Positions 31,923-43,075 of a stretch of 64,000 nucleotides of DNA are shown here, piece by piece (position 1 is the first letter of the stretch; each line of letters starts with the position of its first letter). The stretch spans positions 3,040,001 to 3,104,000 of the forward strand of contig CAVYGB010000008.1 of assembly GCA_963767925.1 (NCBI GenBank), read 5' to 3'. The position numbers were made by a program, and so were the translations under genes. The stretch comes from an uncultured delta proteobacterium. GTDB taxonomy: Bacteria; Myxococcota_A; Polyangia; Fen-1088. The notes below the pieces were generated by a model, which made no database searches, was not told the origin of the DNA, and worked only from the letters and a program-made list of their open reading frames with translations.

Positions 31923-32198
31923 TCAGATGCGTCGTCGACCGGCGACCGCTTTCCAGAGCGCGATAACGACACAGGCGCCGACGAGGGCCACGAAGAAGCT
32001 TGCGATGAAGCCGTTGTTCCCGCGCAGGTCCCCGAAGACATTGGTGGCGATGAAACCGCCCACGACCGCGCCGATGATCCCGACCACGATGTTCGCGAGC
32101 CCCCCCTGGCGGCCGTCCGTCCCCATGACCTTGCTGCCAATCCAGCCGGCCAGGGCGCCGACGATAATCCACATGATGATTCCATAAGACGGGTTCAT
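31923..32198 (-). CDS. GlsB/YeaQ/YmgE family stress-response membrane protein
   Basis: WIIVGALAGWIG...NIVVGIIGAVVGG, with GGAGG RBS. Confidence 0.92.
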   Translation of the reverse strand: MNPSYGIIMWIIVGALAGWIGSKVMGTDGRQGGLANIVVGIIGAVVGGFIATNVFGDLRGNNGFIASFFVALVGACVVIALWKAVAGRRRI

Positions 32199-32360
32199 GT
32201 TCGGTCCTCCTGTCCCAAATCGGGACGTTCCCGTGACCCATCTTCACTAAGCGTGCCGACCTCGCTCCGCGGCCTTCCGACCCCGGGATTGCGGCGCTCC
32301 GCCTCAATCCAGGCCTTCGATGCTGCATCGGAGTCTCGCCGACGTCACCATCCCGTGACG

Positions 32361-32900
32361 TCAGGCCGACGCCCGTAACGAAAACACGGCGCGCCACGAC
32401 CGCGGCCGACAACCCCCGACCAGAAACAGGAACACCAGCGCGACTCCGGCGCCGGGGGGGCCTCCGTTCGCGGGAAAGGAATCGCCAACCGAACAGCTCC
32501 AGCGTGGGGTGGAGGCAGGGGCCGGGGCCGGCTGACCGGCGGGAACGGCCGGCGCGCCACCGGGGCCGCCTGACGAGCCGCCGCTGCCCCCTGCCGCGCC
32601 CCCGCTGCCTCGCGGGTCCCCGACAGCGGGGTCGACCCGCGCGTCGAGCCCGCCTGCCACGCCACCGCCCGCGCCCCCGCCTCCGCCCGCTTCTGACGAG
32701 GTGCTCGCATCGGCACCGGCCGCTCCGCCACCAGCGTCCAGCGCCGGCGGGACGGGGCCTGCGTCGGCGATGATCAGGCCCCCGTCGGGTGCCCGGGCGG
32801 ACGTGTCACCCTTGCCGTCCCTCCAGAACCGGACGCCCCGCCACCTGACGACCGGGCTGGTGCTGCTGCTGTTGTAGATGACGTATTCGTGGTACCAGCC
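32361..32900 (-). pseudogene. 3' fragment of a surface protein with a MYXO-CTERM-like tail
   Basis: Gly/Ala/Asp linker (DAGGGAAGADA), then WSCSVG, a TM segment and a basic tail. No own start. Confidence 0.55.
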
Positions 32901-33096
32901 CGACGCTGGGGTCCCGGGTGCTGAGCACGCCGAGCAGCTGGGCAACGAACTGGGCGTACACCAGCGTGTAAAGGTGCATGTCCAGGCCATCGAAGGTCCA
33001 CCCCAGCCAGGCGGCGATGCCGGAGCGCCATCGCTGCGGCGACAGGTCACCCAGTCGCCGGGCCTGACCCGCTCCCGCTGCCGCTCCGTCCAGCAT
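32900..33096 (-). pseudogene. 5' fragment of an MFS transporter
   Basis: GIAAWLGWTFDGLDMHLYTLV is MFS TM1. Similarity ends after about 65 codons. Confidence 0.7.
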
Positions 33097-33122
33097 GGCC
33101 CACCCCCGATGTCGCGATCGGC

Positions 33123-33392
33123 TCAGTAGGCGAACGAGGCCCCCAGGCTGAAGAAGCTCACCGTCTGGGTGTTGCCGGCGTGCCAGCCATGCCGGATCAG
33201 CGACAGCTCGCCCACCCAGGTGAGCGGCCCCTGGTGGATCTGCAGGCCGGCGTAGACGTTGCGCTGGCTGCTGTTGATGTTGAAGACGTTGAGGCGGTCG
33301 TTGGCCGACTGGTTCAAGGTGGCCTGGCCGTAACCGGCGTTGATGTCCACGATGCCCAGCGTGATCAGCCCATGGACGTAGAAGCTGTTGCT
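33123..33392 (-). pseudogene. 3' fragment of a porin/outer-membrane beta-barrel
   Basis: NSFYVHGLITLGIVDINAGYGQ...TVSFFSLGASFAY*: alternating strands and an aromatic C-terminus, with no 5' part. Confidence 0.6.
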
Positions 33393-33496
33393 ACCTGCCC
33401 GGCGCGGCGGTCTTGACGGCCGGCCAGCCGCTCCAGGGCCATCGCCAGGTCGCCCGGCAAGGGGGTGCGCGGCACCCTGGAGAAGGGCACCACCCT

Positions 33497-34915
33497 CTAC
33501 GTGCCGCCGAGGATGATGTTGGGCAGGGCGAAGTTCGTGTGGGCGTTGCCGTCGCCGTGCCGGTTGAAGAGATAGACGGTCGTCTCGTCGAGCAAGGTCC
33601 CTCCCGGCGTGGGCACGGCGGCCAGCTCGTCGAGCAGCAACTTCACCTGGCCGGCGACCCAGGCGTTCATCAGCCCGTATTTGCGCAGCTTATCGGCGCC
33701 GTTGCCGTGGTGAGAGACCGGCTGGCCGTTTTCGGTCTCGCGGCGCCGGCCCAGCTGATCGAAGTTCTCCAGGGCGAAGCCCGGCGGATCGAGCAGGACG
33801 TGGCAGGCCGCGCAGGCGAGGTTGCTGGCGTGCTGGGCCACCTCCTGCCGGGTGGTCACGCCAACCACCGGGGCCTCGGGGAGCTGGGGGATGTCGCCGG
33901 CGGGAGGGTGCATCTCCTGACAGAGCAGCTTGCTGCGCACGAACAGCCCGCGGTTGATGGGGTGGGTCTTCTGGGGGCGGGCCAGCTGGGCCATCAGGGC
34001 GGGGTGGGTGAGCAAGCCGTACCGGTCCTCGCCGACGAGGTCGGTGGCGACGAACTCCGGGCCCCCACTCTCCTTGCCGTAGAAGGCCCGCAAGCTGCCG
34101 TCGAGGAAATACGACCCTCCCGAGAACAGCGACGCGATGCTGGGCGACGCCGTCGAGTAGAGCTGGGTGGCGCTCATCAGCAGCGACGTGCCGAGCGCCC
34201 TGACCAGCTCGGTGCTGAAGGTCGCGTCGTCGCGCGCCAGCTCGTTGAAGTTCTCGATGGCCAGCCAGTGCGCGTAGAAGCTGCCGATGCCCCGCAGGAA
34301 CCGCCGCTGGTCTTGCAACGTGCGCCCGAGCTGCTCGGTGAGGCCGGCGACGTCTCGCAGGCCGCCCGCGCTCGCCGCGGCGAACAGCTGGTCGTCGGGC
34401 ATCGAGTCCCAGTGGAAATAGGACAGCCGGCTGGCCATCTGGTAGTCGGTGACGAGCAGGACCGCGCCCGCCCGTTCGCCGGCGGCCGGTCGGCCCAGCT
34501 GGTAGAGAAAGTCGGGTGCCTGCAGCAGACCGGTGAGGAGCCACTCCACGCCGGTGGTGAAGTCCTTCTCCTTCACCCCGGCGTCCAAGAGGTCGATCAG
34601 CTGCTGGCGCTCCACCTCCGACAGCGGGTGTCGGTAGGCGCGCTTACCGATCTCGTCGACGATCCGGAGGTTGCAGGCGGCCGCGGGGGGCAAGCAGGGA
34701 GACCAGGTCGCCAGCCGGGCGGCGGCCTGACGCGCGATCGAGGCGGCGGCGTTCGCGCGGCGCTCGGCGCCCAGGTCGTCGAGCTGGGTGTCGGCGCCGC
34801 CGCCGAACTCCCGGGCGGGGTTGCCGCCGACCTTCAGCAGATCCTCGATCGTGTTGTCGTACTGGCGGGGCGAGAGCATCCGCGCCCGGAGCACCGACGC
34901 CCCCGGCAGGGGCCT
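33497..34915 (-). pseudogene. 5'-truncated DUF1592/DUF1588-type protein fused in frame to a DUF1552 fragment
   Basis: RMLSPRQYDNTIEDL, MASRLSYFHWDSMPD, THPINRG, CAACH, GFALENFD; after NGQPV it switches to SHHG...GTLLDET...AH...LPNIILGG. Confidence 0.75.
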
Positions 34916-35004
34916 GCGCCGGCTAGCGCATGTCTAGCCGGGACAATAGCGCGGACTTGATCAAGACTATCGCTTTCGCATTCATCTCGGAGAAGGAGAG
35001 ACAG

Positions 35005-36042
35005 ATGAGACGATCGGCCTTGTTCATCACTGGCGCAGCCGTGCTGCCCCTCGGAATCGCGATTGGCGCCCTGGCGCAGCAACCCGCCGCGCCTGCCGCT
35101 CCGCAGCCATATTTCGTGGGCAACAGCCTGGGCATGCCGATCAATCCGGCGCCGGACGGCAAGTTCGATCCGATGTCGAAGAACGTGAAGGTCTACGGCT
35201 CGATCTACTCGGCCGAGAGCTGCTCGTACGACGCGACGCGCGGCGTGATCGTCGTTCCGAATCGCGGCGTCGGGCAGACCGTGCAGACAAACAACGCCTG
35301 GATCTCGTTCATCAACCATGACGGCTCCGTGCACACCGCACGGTGGGTCGGGGTTCAGAACTCCGGAGAGCCGCGGTCGACCCTGAAGCCGGCGCTCGTG
35401 CTGAACGAACCGCTCGGCAGCGACATCGTGGGCGGCATCCTCTACCTCGCTGACCGTGACCGCGGCACGAACCCGACCACCGACCCCGCCGTGTCGGTCG
35501 TCCGCAAGTTCGACATGAAGACAGGCCTGCCCGCCGGCGAGATCAAAGTGGACAAGTCGACCGGCTTCAACGATCTCGAGGTCGCCGACGACGGGACGAT
35601 CTACGCGACCCAGACCGGCCAGGCCCCCGACCCGACAACCTGGCAGGTGTGGAAGGTCGACCCGAGCGGCAGCGCCTCGCTCTTCGTTCAGGGCCCGCCG
35701 CTCCGTCAGCCCAACGGCATCGCCTTCGACGAGAAGGGCAACATCGTCGTGGTCAACATCGGGAACAACGAGGTGCTGACGTTCGACAAGAGCGCCAAGC
35801 TCCTGAAGACCGAGCTCGCCGTGCAGGCCGGCAACGACGGCCTGGTGATCATGAAGAACGGCACGAAGTACGTGAGCAGCGTCCAGCAAGGCGGCGTCTC
35901 GCGCATCCGGCCCGGCAAGCCGGCCGAGCTCATCGCCCGGAACATCCCCAACGCCGCGTCGATGTGCTACGACGCCGGCGCGAATCAGCTGGTGATTCCA
36001 ATGAACGCCAACAATGGGCTGGCGTTCATTCCGCTGAAGTAG
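35005..36042 (+). CDS. Secreted SMP-30/gluconolactonase-like beta-propeller protein
   Basis: AAGGAG RBS, signal peptide, SAES, FNDL, PNGI and NDGL blade motifs. Confidence 0.85.
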   Translation: MRRSALFITGAAVLPLGIAIGALAQQPAAPAAPQPYFVGNSLGMPINPAPDGKFDPMSKNVKVYGSIYSAESCSYDATRGVIVVPNRGVGQTVQTNNAWISFINHDGSVHTARWVGVQNSGEPRSTLKPALVLNEPLGSDIVGGILYLADRDRGTNPTTDPAVSVVRKFDMKTGLPAGEIKVDKSTGFNDLEVADDGTIYATQTGQAPDPTTWQVWKVDPSGSASLFVQGPPLRQPNGIAFDEKGNIVVVNIGNNEVLTFDKSAKLLKTELAVQAGNDGLVIMKNGTKYVSSVQQGGVSRIRPGKPAELIARNIPNAASMCYDAGANQLVIPMNANNGLAFIPLK

Positions 36043-36326
36043 CCAGCGACGTCGCCTGCGGCGAGTCACGCGACGCGTCCTGGACGCTGCCAAGGGAGGG
36101 TCCGTCGGAGACGTCCCCATCGGCGAAACAACCTGTCAGCGAAGCAGGCCCTCTTGCGAATGGGCTCGGGGCTCAATCCTTCGGCAGTCTGGCCAGGGGG
36201 AGGTCGGTCGCGGGCTTCCCCGGCCGGTGCGCAACGAGAAGAGCAGGCCGGCCCGCCGCGAGCCCAGGCGAGCAACGCTCTCCTCCGCCGTCGTCCGTAC
36301 TAGTCTCGGTTCCGGCCGTCGCGCAG

Positions 36327-38102
36327 CTACAGGTAGGCCTGGTCGTCCACGCCGGCACGGGCGGGCAGCACCTCCGCTCCGTACACCTGTTTCACGAAGT
36401 TGGCCGCGTGCCGCTCCTTTCCCGACCGGAAGCGCAGCCGGCAAACGCGGCTCTTGCAGTCGACCGCGACCGCCTCGACGGCCGGATCGACCGCCCGCAG
36501 GTCACGTTGCGCGATGCCCGCCAGCGCTCTCTCGACCCGGGCCGCCCAGCCCTCGTCCCGAGCTTCGAAATGGAACCATTGCGGCGTCGACGCGTCCACG
36601 GGGGGCCTGATCACCGCATCCGGGGTCGCGGGGAAAAGTGGTGGCCTTATCCCCGCCTTCTTGAGGGCTGTCTCCACCAGCTGCACCAGCGCAATCCGGC
36701 TGTCCGCCCGGCGGCCGTTGACCACGAACAACGGCCGCGAGGTCAATGCGGCCTGGGCAAGCAAGTCGGCGTCCTCGAGCACCTTGTTCCGGTAGCGACC
36801 CTCGTCGAGGGCGGTCCGGAAATCATCGAGCCGAAGGCCGATCTCGGCGGCGTCCTGCTCGAGGGAGGCCCGCGTCCGGGGGACGTTCCGGGAGAACAGC
36901 CTGTCGTGCAGCTGCCAGAACTTGCCCTGCGCGTGGGCCGTCCAGGCCGCCTCCGCCACCAGCTAATCCGCGGGGCCGGGCGGGACGGACGAGGGCACGG
37001 GTCGGGCAACGATGCGCAGGTTGTCGCCATGGACAGCGCGCAGATGATCGACCATCCGTTTGCCCCAGCCGCCGCCCTGGCCGTCGTGGTGGCCGAAGAG
37101 GTACAGCACCTCGACCGGCGCCCGGGCCGCTCCCAGCGAGGGCGCATCGCCCGTGAGAATGGCGAAGCCCAGCCGCTCGCCCAGCAGCTCGTCGGGGATC
37201 GCGAGCCGCGGAGGCGGCCACTCCAGGGAAGGCTCGAGCGGTCGCGGCGGCGGTAGCGGCTCCTCGCCCACCGTCAGGCCTCGGGCCCGGTTCAGCTCCC
37301 GATCGACGCTGTCTCCGGCCCGGCCCCGGGTCCTCGCTCCACCGGCCCGCCTCCCACGCGCGGGCGGGGATGAGGGGTCCCGGTCGCGGGCGTCAGACCC
37401 TCGCTGGCCGTGCTTTCCGGAGCGCGCGCGCTCGGTGCCGCCCGCAACGCCGGCCAGGTCCCCAGCCAAAGGCCCAGGGCCGCCGCGAAGGCCACCCCCG
37501 CCGCGAGCTTGATCGCGCCAGCGACAGGAAGCGCGGCCCCGACCGGCACGGCCCCGGCCGCCAGGGGGGCCAGCGCGACAAGCCACGCCCGCCGGTCCTT
37601 GCCGTATCGCTCGTCGAGCGCGGCCCGTAGATCGTCGAGTCCGCGCTTCAGCCGCCAGCGCACGGTCCCGGCCGGGATCCCTTGCTTGTGGGCCACCTCG
37701 GTGGGGGCCAGCCCTTGCCCGTAGCAGAGCAGCACCGTCGGCCGGAACGGCTCTTCCAGCTGCGACACCAGCTCGGGCACCAGTCGGCGCGCCTCGTGCT
37801 GGGTCAAGAGGTCCTCGGCGCTGGGCAGCGGCGCGTCGGACTCTGCGGAGAGCCGGCTCTTCCGCGCCGACCAGCGGCTCAACCCGCGACTCCGGTTGCG
37901 CACCAGATTGCGCAGCACCTGCCCCAGCCAGGGGCGCGGCGAGCGCACCAGCTCGGCGGGAGACTTCAGCGCCGCGACGTAGGGCGTCCTGAAGCAGGTC
38001 GTCGACCGCGGACGCCTCGACCAGCCGCGCCGCCAGCCGCTGTAGCCAGGCGGCGTGCGTGAGGAGCTCCTCGGCATCGATGGCGGGATTGTCCACTCTC
38101 AT
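36327..38102 (-). pseudogene. ECF sigma factor fused to a TM segment and a DsbA-like domain; two frameshifts and an in-frame TAG
   Basis: DDLLQD|YVAAL...WLGQVLRN, EVAHKQGIPAGTVRWRLKRG; PSLGAARAPVEV and AEAAWTAHAQGKFWQLHDRLF. TAG at 36963; shifts near 37985 and 37310. Confidence 0.7.
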
Positions 38103-38246
38103 GTCCTCCTGACACCGGAGGAGAACGGGCGTTGGCGACGGGCGGCGGTTTTCTGCGCGCTGGTGGTCGGTCCCGCGGGGCTTATCGATGTCGCCCGGCC
38201 AGTCGGCCGCCCAGGCGCGTCCTGACCCCCGCGCCCAGTCGCAGGA

Positions 38247-39680
38247 TCAAGCGCTAGTCGAGGACTCCGCCTGCCCCTCGGTCGGGGCCGTCTCCGGCCC
38301 CAGAGAGTCGGCGAGAAAAACTCGCCCCACGATGAGACCCAGGGCGCCGGCCGCCGCAGAGGCACACAGGATGCCGAGCTTGGCTGCCTCCAGCTGCGTG
38401 CCCGGACCGAAGGCCAGCGAGGCTATGAAAAGCGCCATCGTGAACCCGATGCCTGCGACGACGCCCACCACGAGCACCTGGAGCCAGCCGACTCCTGCCG
38501 GCAAGGCAGCTATCCCGGTCCGGACCGCGATCCAGGAGAAGGCCACGATACCGAGAGGCTTGCCCAGCACCAGCCCGGCGGCCGCGCCCAGAAACACGGC
38601 CGCCGTTCCACCCGTCAATCGGGCGTCTCCCAGAGTAACGCCCGCATTCGCCAGGGCAAACAACGGCATGATGACGAAGGCCACCCAGCCGTGAAGCGCG
38701 TATTGCAGGCGCTCGACCGGAGAGACGGCCTCCCGGATCGGGACGTCCAGCTCCGCCAGTCTTGCGACCAGCTGGCGCTGATCCGCGTCGACGCCGATCG
38801 CGCGCACGTCGTTCACCGTGGCGGTCGCGTGGTCCACGAATTCGCGTGCGCCGAGCCAGGGACGCACCGGCGTAAGAAGACCGAGCGCGACACCAGCGAG
38901 GGTGGGATGGACGCCGGCCGCGTACGTGCCCCCCCAGACCACCAGCCCGGGAAGCAGATAGGCCCAGGGCCGCCGGACGCCGACCATCTGAAGCATGATG
39001 ACGAGTGCCAGACCCACGACGGCGACGACGAGACCCGATAGGTGGATGCCCGACGAATAGAAGAGCGCGATTACGATGATCGCCCCGAGGTCGTCGATCA
39101 CGGCCAGTGCGAGGAGCAGGATGCGCAACGCCGGCGGTACACGTTTGCCCAGAAGGGCCAGCACTCCCACCGCGAAGGCAATGTCCGTGGCCATCGGGAC
39201 GCCCCATCCGCGTAGGGCCGACGTGCCGTCGTTGAAAAGAACGTAGATACACGCCGGCACGATCATGCCTCCAAGAGCGGCGATGGCCGGCAGCGCTGCC
39301 CGCCGCAGCTCGCTGAGCTCCCCCGCGTGTACCTCGCGACGGATCTCGAGACCAACGACGAAGAAGAAGATCACCATGAGGCCGTCGTTGATCCAGAAGT
39401 GCAGATCCCGCTCGAAGGCCAAGGGACCGAGCCGGAGCCCGAGAGGCGTGTGCCAGAGCGCCTGATAGCTGGCGCGCCAGGGAGAATTCGCCCACAGAAG
39501 AGCCACGCTGGCCGCCACCAACAGCAGGATGCCGCTCGAAGCTTCAATCGACAGGAAGCGCTCGACCGGGGCGATGAGCCTCTTCGCCGCCGCGCGGGCG
39601 GCCGGCCAGGCGCCGGGCGGCGAGGAATGGTGGTGATCGGGTCGTCGCTGGTTTCCGTCGGACACGGCTCCGCCTTGCAT
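38247..39680 (-). CDS. nhaA: Na+/H+ antiporter NhaA
   Basis: [49 protein letters not shown]. Confidence 0.95.
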   Translation of the reverse strand: MQGGAVSDGNQRRPDHHHSSPPGAWPAARAAAKRLIAPVERFLSIEASSGILLLVAASVALLWANSPWRASYQALWHTPLGLRLGPLAFERDLHFWINDGLMVIFFFVVGLEIRREVHAGELSELRRAALPAIAALGGMIVPACIYVLFNDGTSALRGWGVPMATDIAFAVGVLALLGKRVPPALRILLLALAVIDDLGAIIVIALFYSSGIHLSGLVVAVVGLALVIMLQMVGVRRPWAYLLPGLVVWGGTYAAGVHPTLAGVALGLLTPVRPWLGAREFVDHATATVNDVRAIGVDADQRQLVARLAELDVPIREAVSPVERLQYALHGWVAFVIMPLFALANAGVTLGDARLTGGTAAVFLGAAAGLVLGKPLGIVAFSWIAVRTGIAALPAGVGWLQVLVVGVVAGIGFTMALFIASLAFGPGTQLEAAKLGILCASAAAGALGLIVGRVFLADSLGPETAPTEGQAESSTSA

Positions 39681-40001
39681 CGGCGTGGCGGCCCGACCAC
39701 CCGAGGAGCCTGCGGCAGCTCGGCCGCACCCTTGAGATGAGAGTGCGGGCAGTGGCGCCGCCCGTCAAGCCTCGTCCGCTACGACTGGCCCGTCCGGCCT
39801 TGCCGAGGTCTCTTGAACGCGGTTTTGGCTTGGATGGCCTCACCCGGTTGCCGATCTTCATCATCCGGCCAGTGTGGCCCGCCCCCCCTCCAGCCGAGGA
39901 GAGTCTCCCGGGATCCGAACGCCCAGATGGAACATCAGGGTGGCGTGCTGCTTGCTTTTCGGGAAGAAGCTCCCGCGCTACCTGGAGCACCTTCTCATCG
40001 C

Positions 40002-41327
40002 TCAGCGGCCCAGGTCACCAGCAAGCTCGTCCTCGAGCGCCGCCCAATCGAGCTCGGCGCCGATCCGCGAGAGCACGGCGTAGAGGCCGAAGCGTATGCG
40101 GAAGAGGAACATCAGCTTCCCCGGCAAGCGCACCTTCATCAGCTTGCGTTTGAGCTTGACCGTCTCCCCCATGGCCACCGCTCGGTCCGCCGGAATTGCG
40201 CGCCGACCGGGTGTGAGCAGCGGTGCGAAGAAGCCGCGCAACAGCCCACGCGTGACATCGAAGTCGGCTGCCGCCCTGGGCATCCCGATAGCGCTGAGGG
40301 CGGCCTGGATCCGGCGCTCGTCGTCAGAGCGCACGGCGCGGGACAGGCGAACGAGCCCGGCGACCGTCTCGCGGTCGAACTCCCGCACGCAACCGTGGTC
40401 CAGTATCGTGACCTTGCCCTCGGGGGAGAAGACCAGATTTCCTGGATGTGGGTCGGCGTTGAACAGGCCATGGCGGTACAGCGTGCCCACGTAGAACTCG
40501 TAGAGGGAGCGCGCCGCCCGTTCGCGCGCGCCGGAGGGTGGCTGTGACTCCAGGAAGGCTTCGAGGGTTGCTCCCCCGCGCCAGCCTGTGGTCAAGACCC
40601 GCGGGCCGCTCCAGTCGAGGTGGACCGGAGGGATGGCGATCGACTCATGGCCCGCGAACAACTCGACGAAGCGCCCCTGCCGGCGCGCCTCCAGGCCGTA
40701 GTCGCACTCCTCCAGGAACCGAGCCTGCGCCTCTTCGACGATGTCGGCGATATCGACGCCCGGAGCAAAAGCTCGAGCCATGACCTTGCCGATGGCGGCT
40801 GCCTTGAAGTCGGCGCGGATGGCGGTGTCGATGCCTGGATGGCGCACTTTGACCGCCACGGGTGTTCCATCCTCCAGCACCGCACGATGGACCTGGCCGA
40901 TCGAGGCCGCCGCAACGGGCTCGCGTTCAAGTCTGGCGAGCAGGTCCTGGCTCCGGGCGCCCAGGTCCTCCCGGATGGTCTGCTCGATCTGCGCGAAGGG
41001 CGTCGGCTGGGAGTAGAACTGCAGTACGGCGAGGAACTGGCGCGCCTCGGGATCGAGGGACCCGTCCACGTAGGACAGGACCTGACCCACTTTCATCGCG
41101 ATGCCCTTCAGTTCGCCGAATGATTCGACGAGCTGGACGAGGGCCTCTGGGGAGAGCGAGCCGAGGTTGAGGTCCCGGCCTCGCATCCTGCCGGCAAGAG
41201 CACCGAGCCCGACCCTCGCTCCAGCGAGCGCAGTTCTGCCGAGCCGACCAAGGGGCGAGGTGGGAATCGGCTTTCCCTTTTCTGCGCGCAGCCGCTCGAG
41301 CAGCTGCTGGAACTGATCCTTGGGCAT
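40002..41327 (-). CDS. ABC1/AarF/UbiB-family atypical kinase
   Basis: KGIAMKVGQ, AAASIGQVH, VAVKV, NADPHPGN, LDHGC. Confidence 0.93.
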   Translation of the reverse strand: MPKDQFQQLLERLRAEKGKPIPTSPLGRLGRTALAGARVGLGALAGRMRGRDLNLGSLSPEALVQLVESFGELKGIAMKVGQVLSYVDGSLDPEARQFLAVLQFYSQPTPFAQIEQTIREDLGARSQDLLARLEREPVAAASIGQVHRAVLEDGTPVAVKVRHPGIDTAIRADFKAAAIGKVMARAFAPGVDIADIVEEAQARFLEECDYGLEARRQGRFVELFAGHESIAIPPVHLDWSGPRVLTTGWRGGATLEAFLESQPPSGARERAARSLYEFYVGTLYRHGLFNADPHPGNLVFSPEGKVTILDHGCVREFDRETVAGLVRLSRAVRSDDERRIQAALSAIGMPRAAADFDVTRGLLRGFFAPLLTPGRRAIPADRAVAMGETVKLKRKLMKVRLPGKLMFLFRIRFGLYAVLSRIGAELDWAALEDELAGDLGR

Positions 41328-41490
41328 CCGGGCCTCCGGTGGGCAGAGGCAGGACTATCCGCTATCCGGCGCTCTTTCGGGACTGCCGAGCGGACACTGG
41401 GGTCTTACACGGTTTTCTGGCCGACTCCTGTTCGGGGCATGGTCGCCCGGTGGATCGCGCGCCGTCGTCCTGACCATCTAGGGGGCATCC

Positions 41491-41542
41491 GGAAGTATCG
41501 GGGGGAAGTATCGGGGGGAAGTATCGGGAGGAAGTATCGGGA
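41491..41542. repeat. 13-bp tandem repeat GGAAGTATCGGG(G/A) x4
   Basis: Read directly, in a divergent intergenic region. Confidence 0.92.
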
Positions 41543-41707
41543 GGATCGATCGAAGGAGGGATCCCGTGGCCGCCGGGGGATCGTGCGGCCGGCGGCGCCT
41601 CGTGCGATACTCGCCGGTAAATCTCCGAACCCGTGTGCATCACCTCCGTGCGTGCACAGTTTTCCTGGTGGTCGAGCCACCAGCCGAACGGTTCGTCCGC
41701 CGGAGTG

Positions 41708-42991
41708 ATGATGCGCGTCCTTCTTGCCACCTACGGAACACGGGGCGACGTCCAGCCCTTCGTCGCGCTCGCGAAGGCGCTGAAGGCCTGCGGCCACCAG
41801 GTCGCGCTGTGCACGCCCGCGGGTTTTCGTGGCATGGTCGAGAGCCACGGCGTTTCGTACGCGCACATGGACAACGCGGTGTTGGAGCTGACCGAGGCGG
41901 TTCTCCGGGCCTCGTCGCGTACAGAACAGTGGCGGTTGTTCAGAGGTTTCGGTTCCATCGTCCGTGCGGCACTGGAGGACGAGTGGCGAGCGGCGCAGGC
42001 GCTGCAGCCCGACGTGCTCGTGTACCACTCCAAGGCCCTCGGGAGTCATCACATTGCCGAGAAGATCGGAGCAGCCGAGATCCTGGCGATGCCGCTGCCG
42101 CTCACGCGCACACGGGCGTTCGCCGTGCCGCTGGTGCCGGACCTCGGGCTGGGTGGATGGTTCAATGCCCTCAGCTATCGACTCGTGGCTCTGGGCATTG
42201 CACTCTGGGCTGGAGCCACCAACGACTTCCGGGCGAAGACCCTTGGCCTCCCGCCGCTCTCTCGGTTCGCCGATCCGATGCGCCGCGCGGACGGCTCTGC
42301 GGTGACTGCGCTCTTTGCATACAGCGAGCACTTGGTGCCTCGCCCGGACGATTGGCCGGCGCACGTACATGCGACGGGCGCATGGTTCCTCGACGAGAGC
42401 GCCGGCTGGGAACCCCCGGCAGCGCTGCGAACGTTCCTCGAACTCGGGCCGCCTCCTGTGTACCTCGGCTTCGGAAGCATGGGCGCTGCCCACGCCGCGA
42501 AGCGCGCCGAGACCGTGCTGAACGCCGTGGCCCTGACCGGGGAGCGGGCGGTGCTGGCGACGGGCTGGGGCGGGCTTCATGCCGACGTGGTGCCCCCCAA
42601 CGTCTTCATGCTGGAAGCCGCTCCCCACGATTGGCTGTTCCCGCGGATGAGCGCGGTGGTGCATCATGGTGGAGCCGGCTCGACGATGGCCGGGCTCCGC
42701 GCGGGCAAGCCGACGGTCATCTGTCCCTTCTTCGGTGACCAACCCTTCTGGGGGCAGATGGTCCTGCGCCGAGGCGTCGGCCCGCGGCCCGTGCCGCAGA
42801 GATCACTCACCGCCGAGCGGTTGGCCCGCGCCATCCGCGACGCCCTGGGCCCGTCGATCGTCGCACGAGCAGCCGCGCTGGGTGAGCGCATTCGCGGGGA
42901 AGACGGCACCGCGCGTGCTGTTCAGCTCATCGAGCAGGAGCACGCCACATGGACGGCGCGCCGTCACCAGCAGGCAGGCCACGCTCGATGA
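41708..42991 (+). CDS. GT1-family glycosyltransferase (sterol 3-beta-glucosyltransferase-like)
   Basis: GTRGDVQPF, VYLGFGSM, PHDWLFPR, HHGGAGST, PFFGDQPFW. Confidence 0.92.
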   Translation: MMRVLLATYGTRGDVQPFVALAKALKACGHQVALCTPAGFRGMVESHGVSYAHMDNAVLELTEAVLRASSRTEQWRLFRGFGSIVRAALEDEWRAAQALQPDVLVYHSKALGSHHIAEKIGAAEILAMPLPLTRTRAFAVPLVPDLGLGGWFNALSYRLVALGIALWAGATNDFRAKTLGLPPLSRFADPMRRADGSAVTALFAYSEHLVPRPDDWPAHVHATGAWFLDESAGWEPPAALRTFLELGPPPVYLGFGSMGAAHAAKRAETVLNAVALTGERAVLATGWGGLHADVVPPNVFMLEAAPHDWLFPRMSAVVHHGGAGSTMAGLRAGKPTVICPFFGDQPFWGQMVLRRGVGPRPVPQRSLTAERLARAIRDALGPSIVARAAALGERIRGEDGTARAVQLIEQEHATWTARRHQQAGHAR

Positions 42992-43075
42992 CATCTTTGC
43001 CGCCCATCCGGAGCGTTTTCCCACGACACACCCGTCGGCAAACGCCCGCCCGACGCAGCCTCGATCAACCGTCCC
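42945..43075 (+). mobile_element. Remnant of the 3' end of an IS3-family transposase
   Basis: Shifted frames read HGRRAVTSRQATLDDIFAAHPERF...P...AASINRP, resembling the AHPERF...WINPP C-terminus of some IS3-family transposases. Confidence 0.55.

Noticed and set aside
41491..41542. CRISPR array (also considered for 7758-7840, 13863-13969 and 26957-27100)
   Set aside because: The repeats are directly adjacent with no unique spacers, and no cas genes are present.
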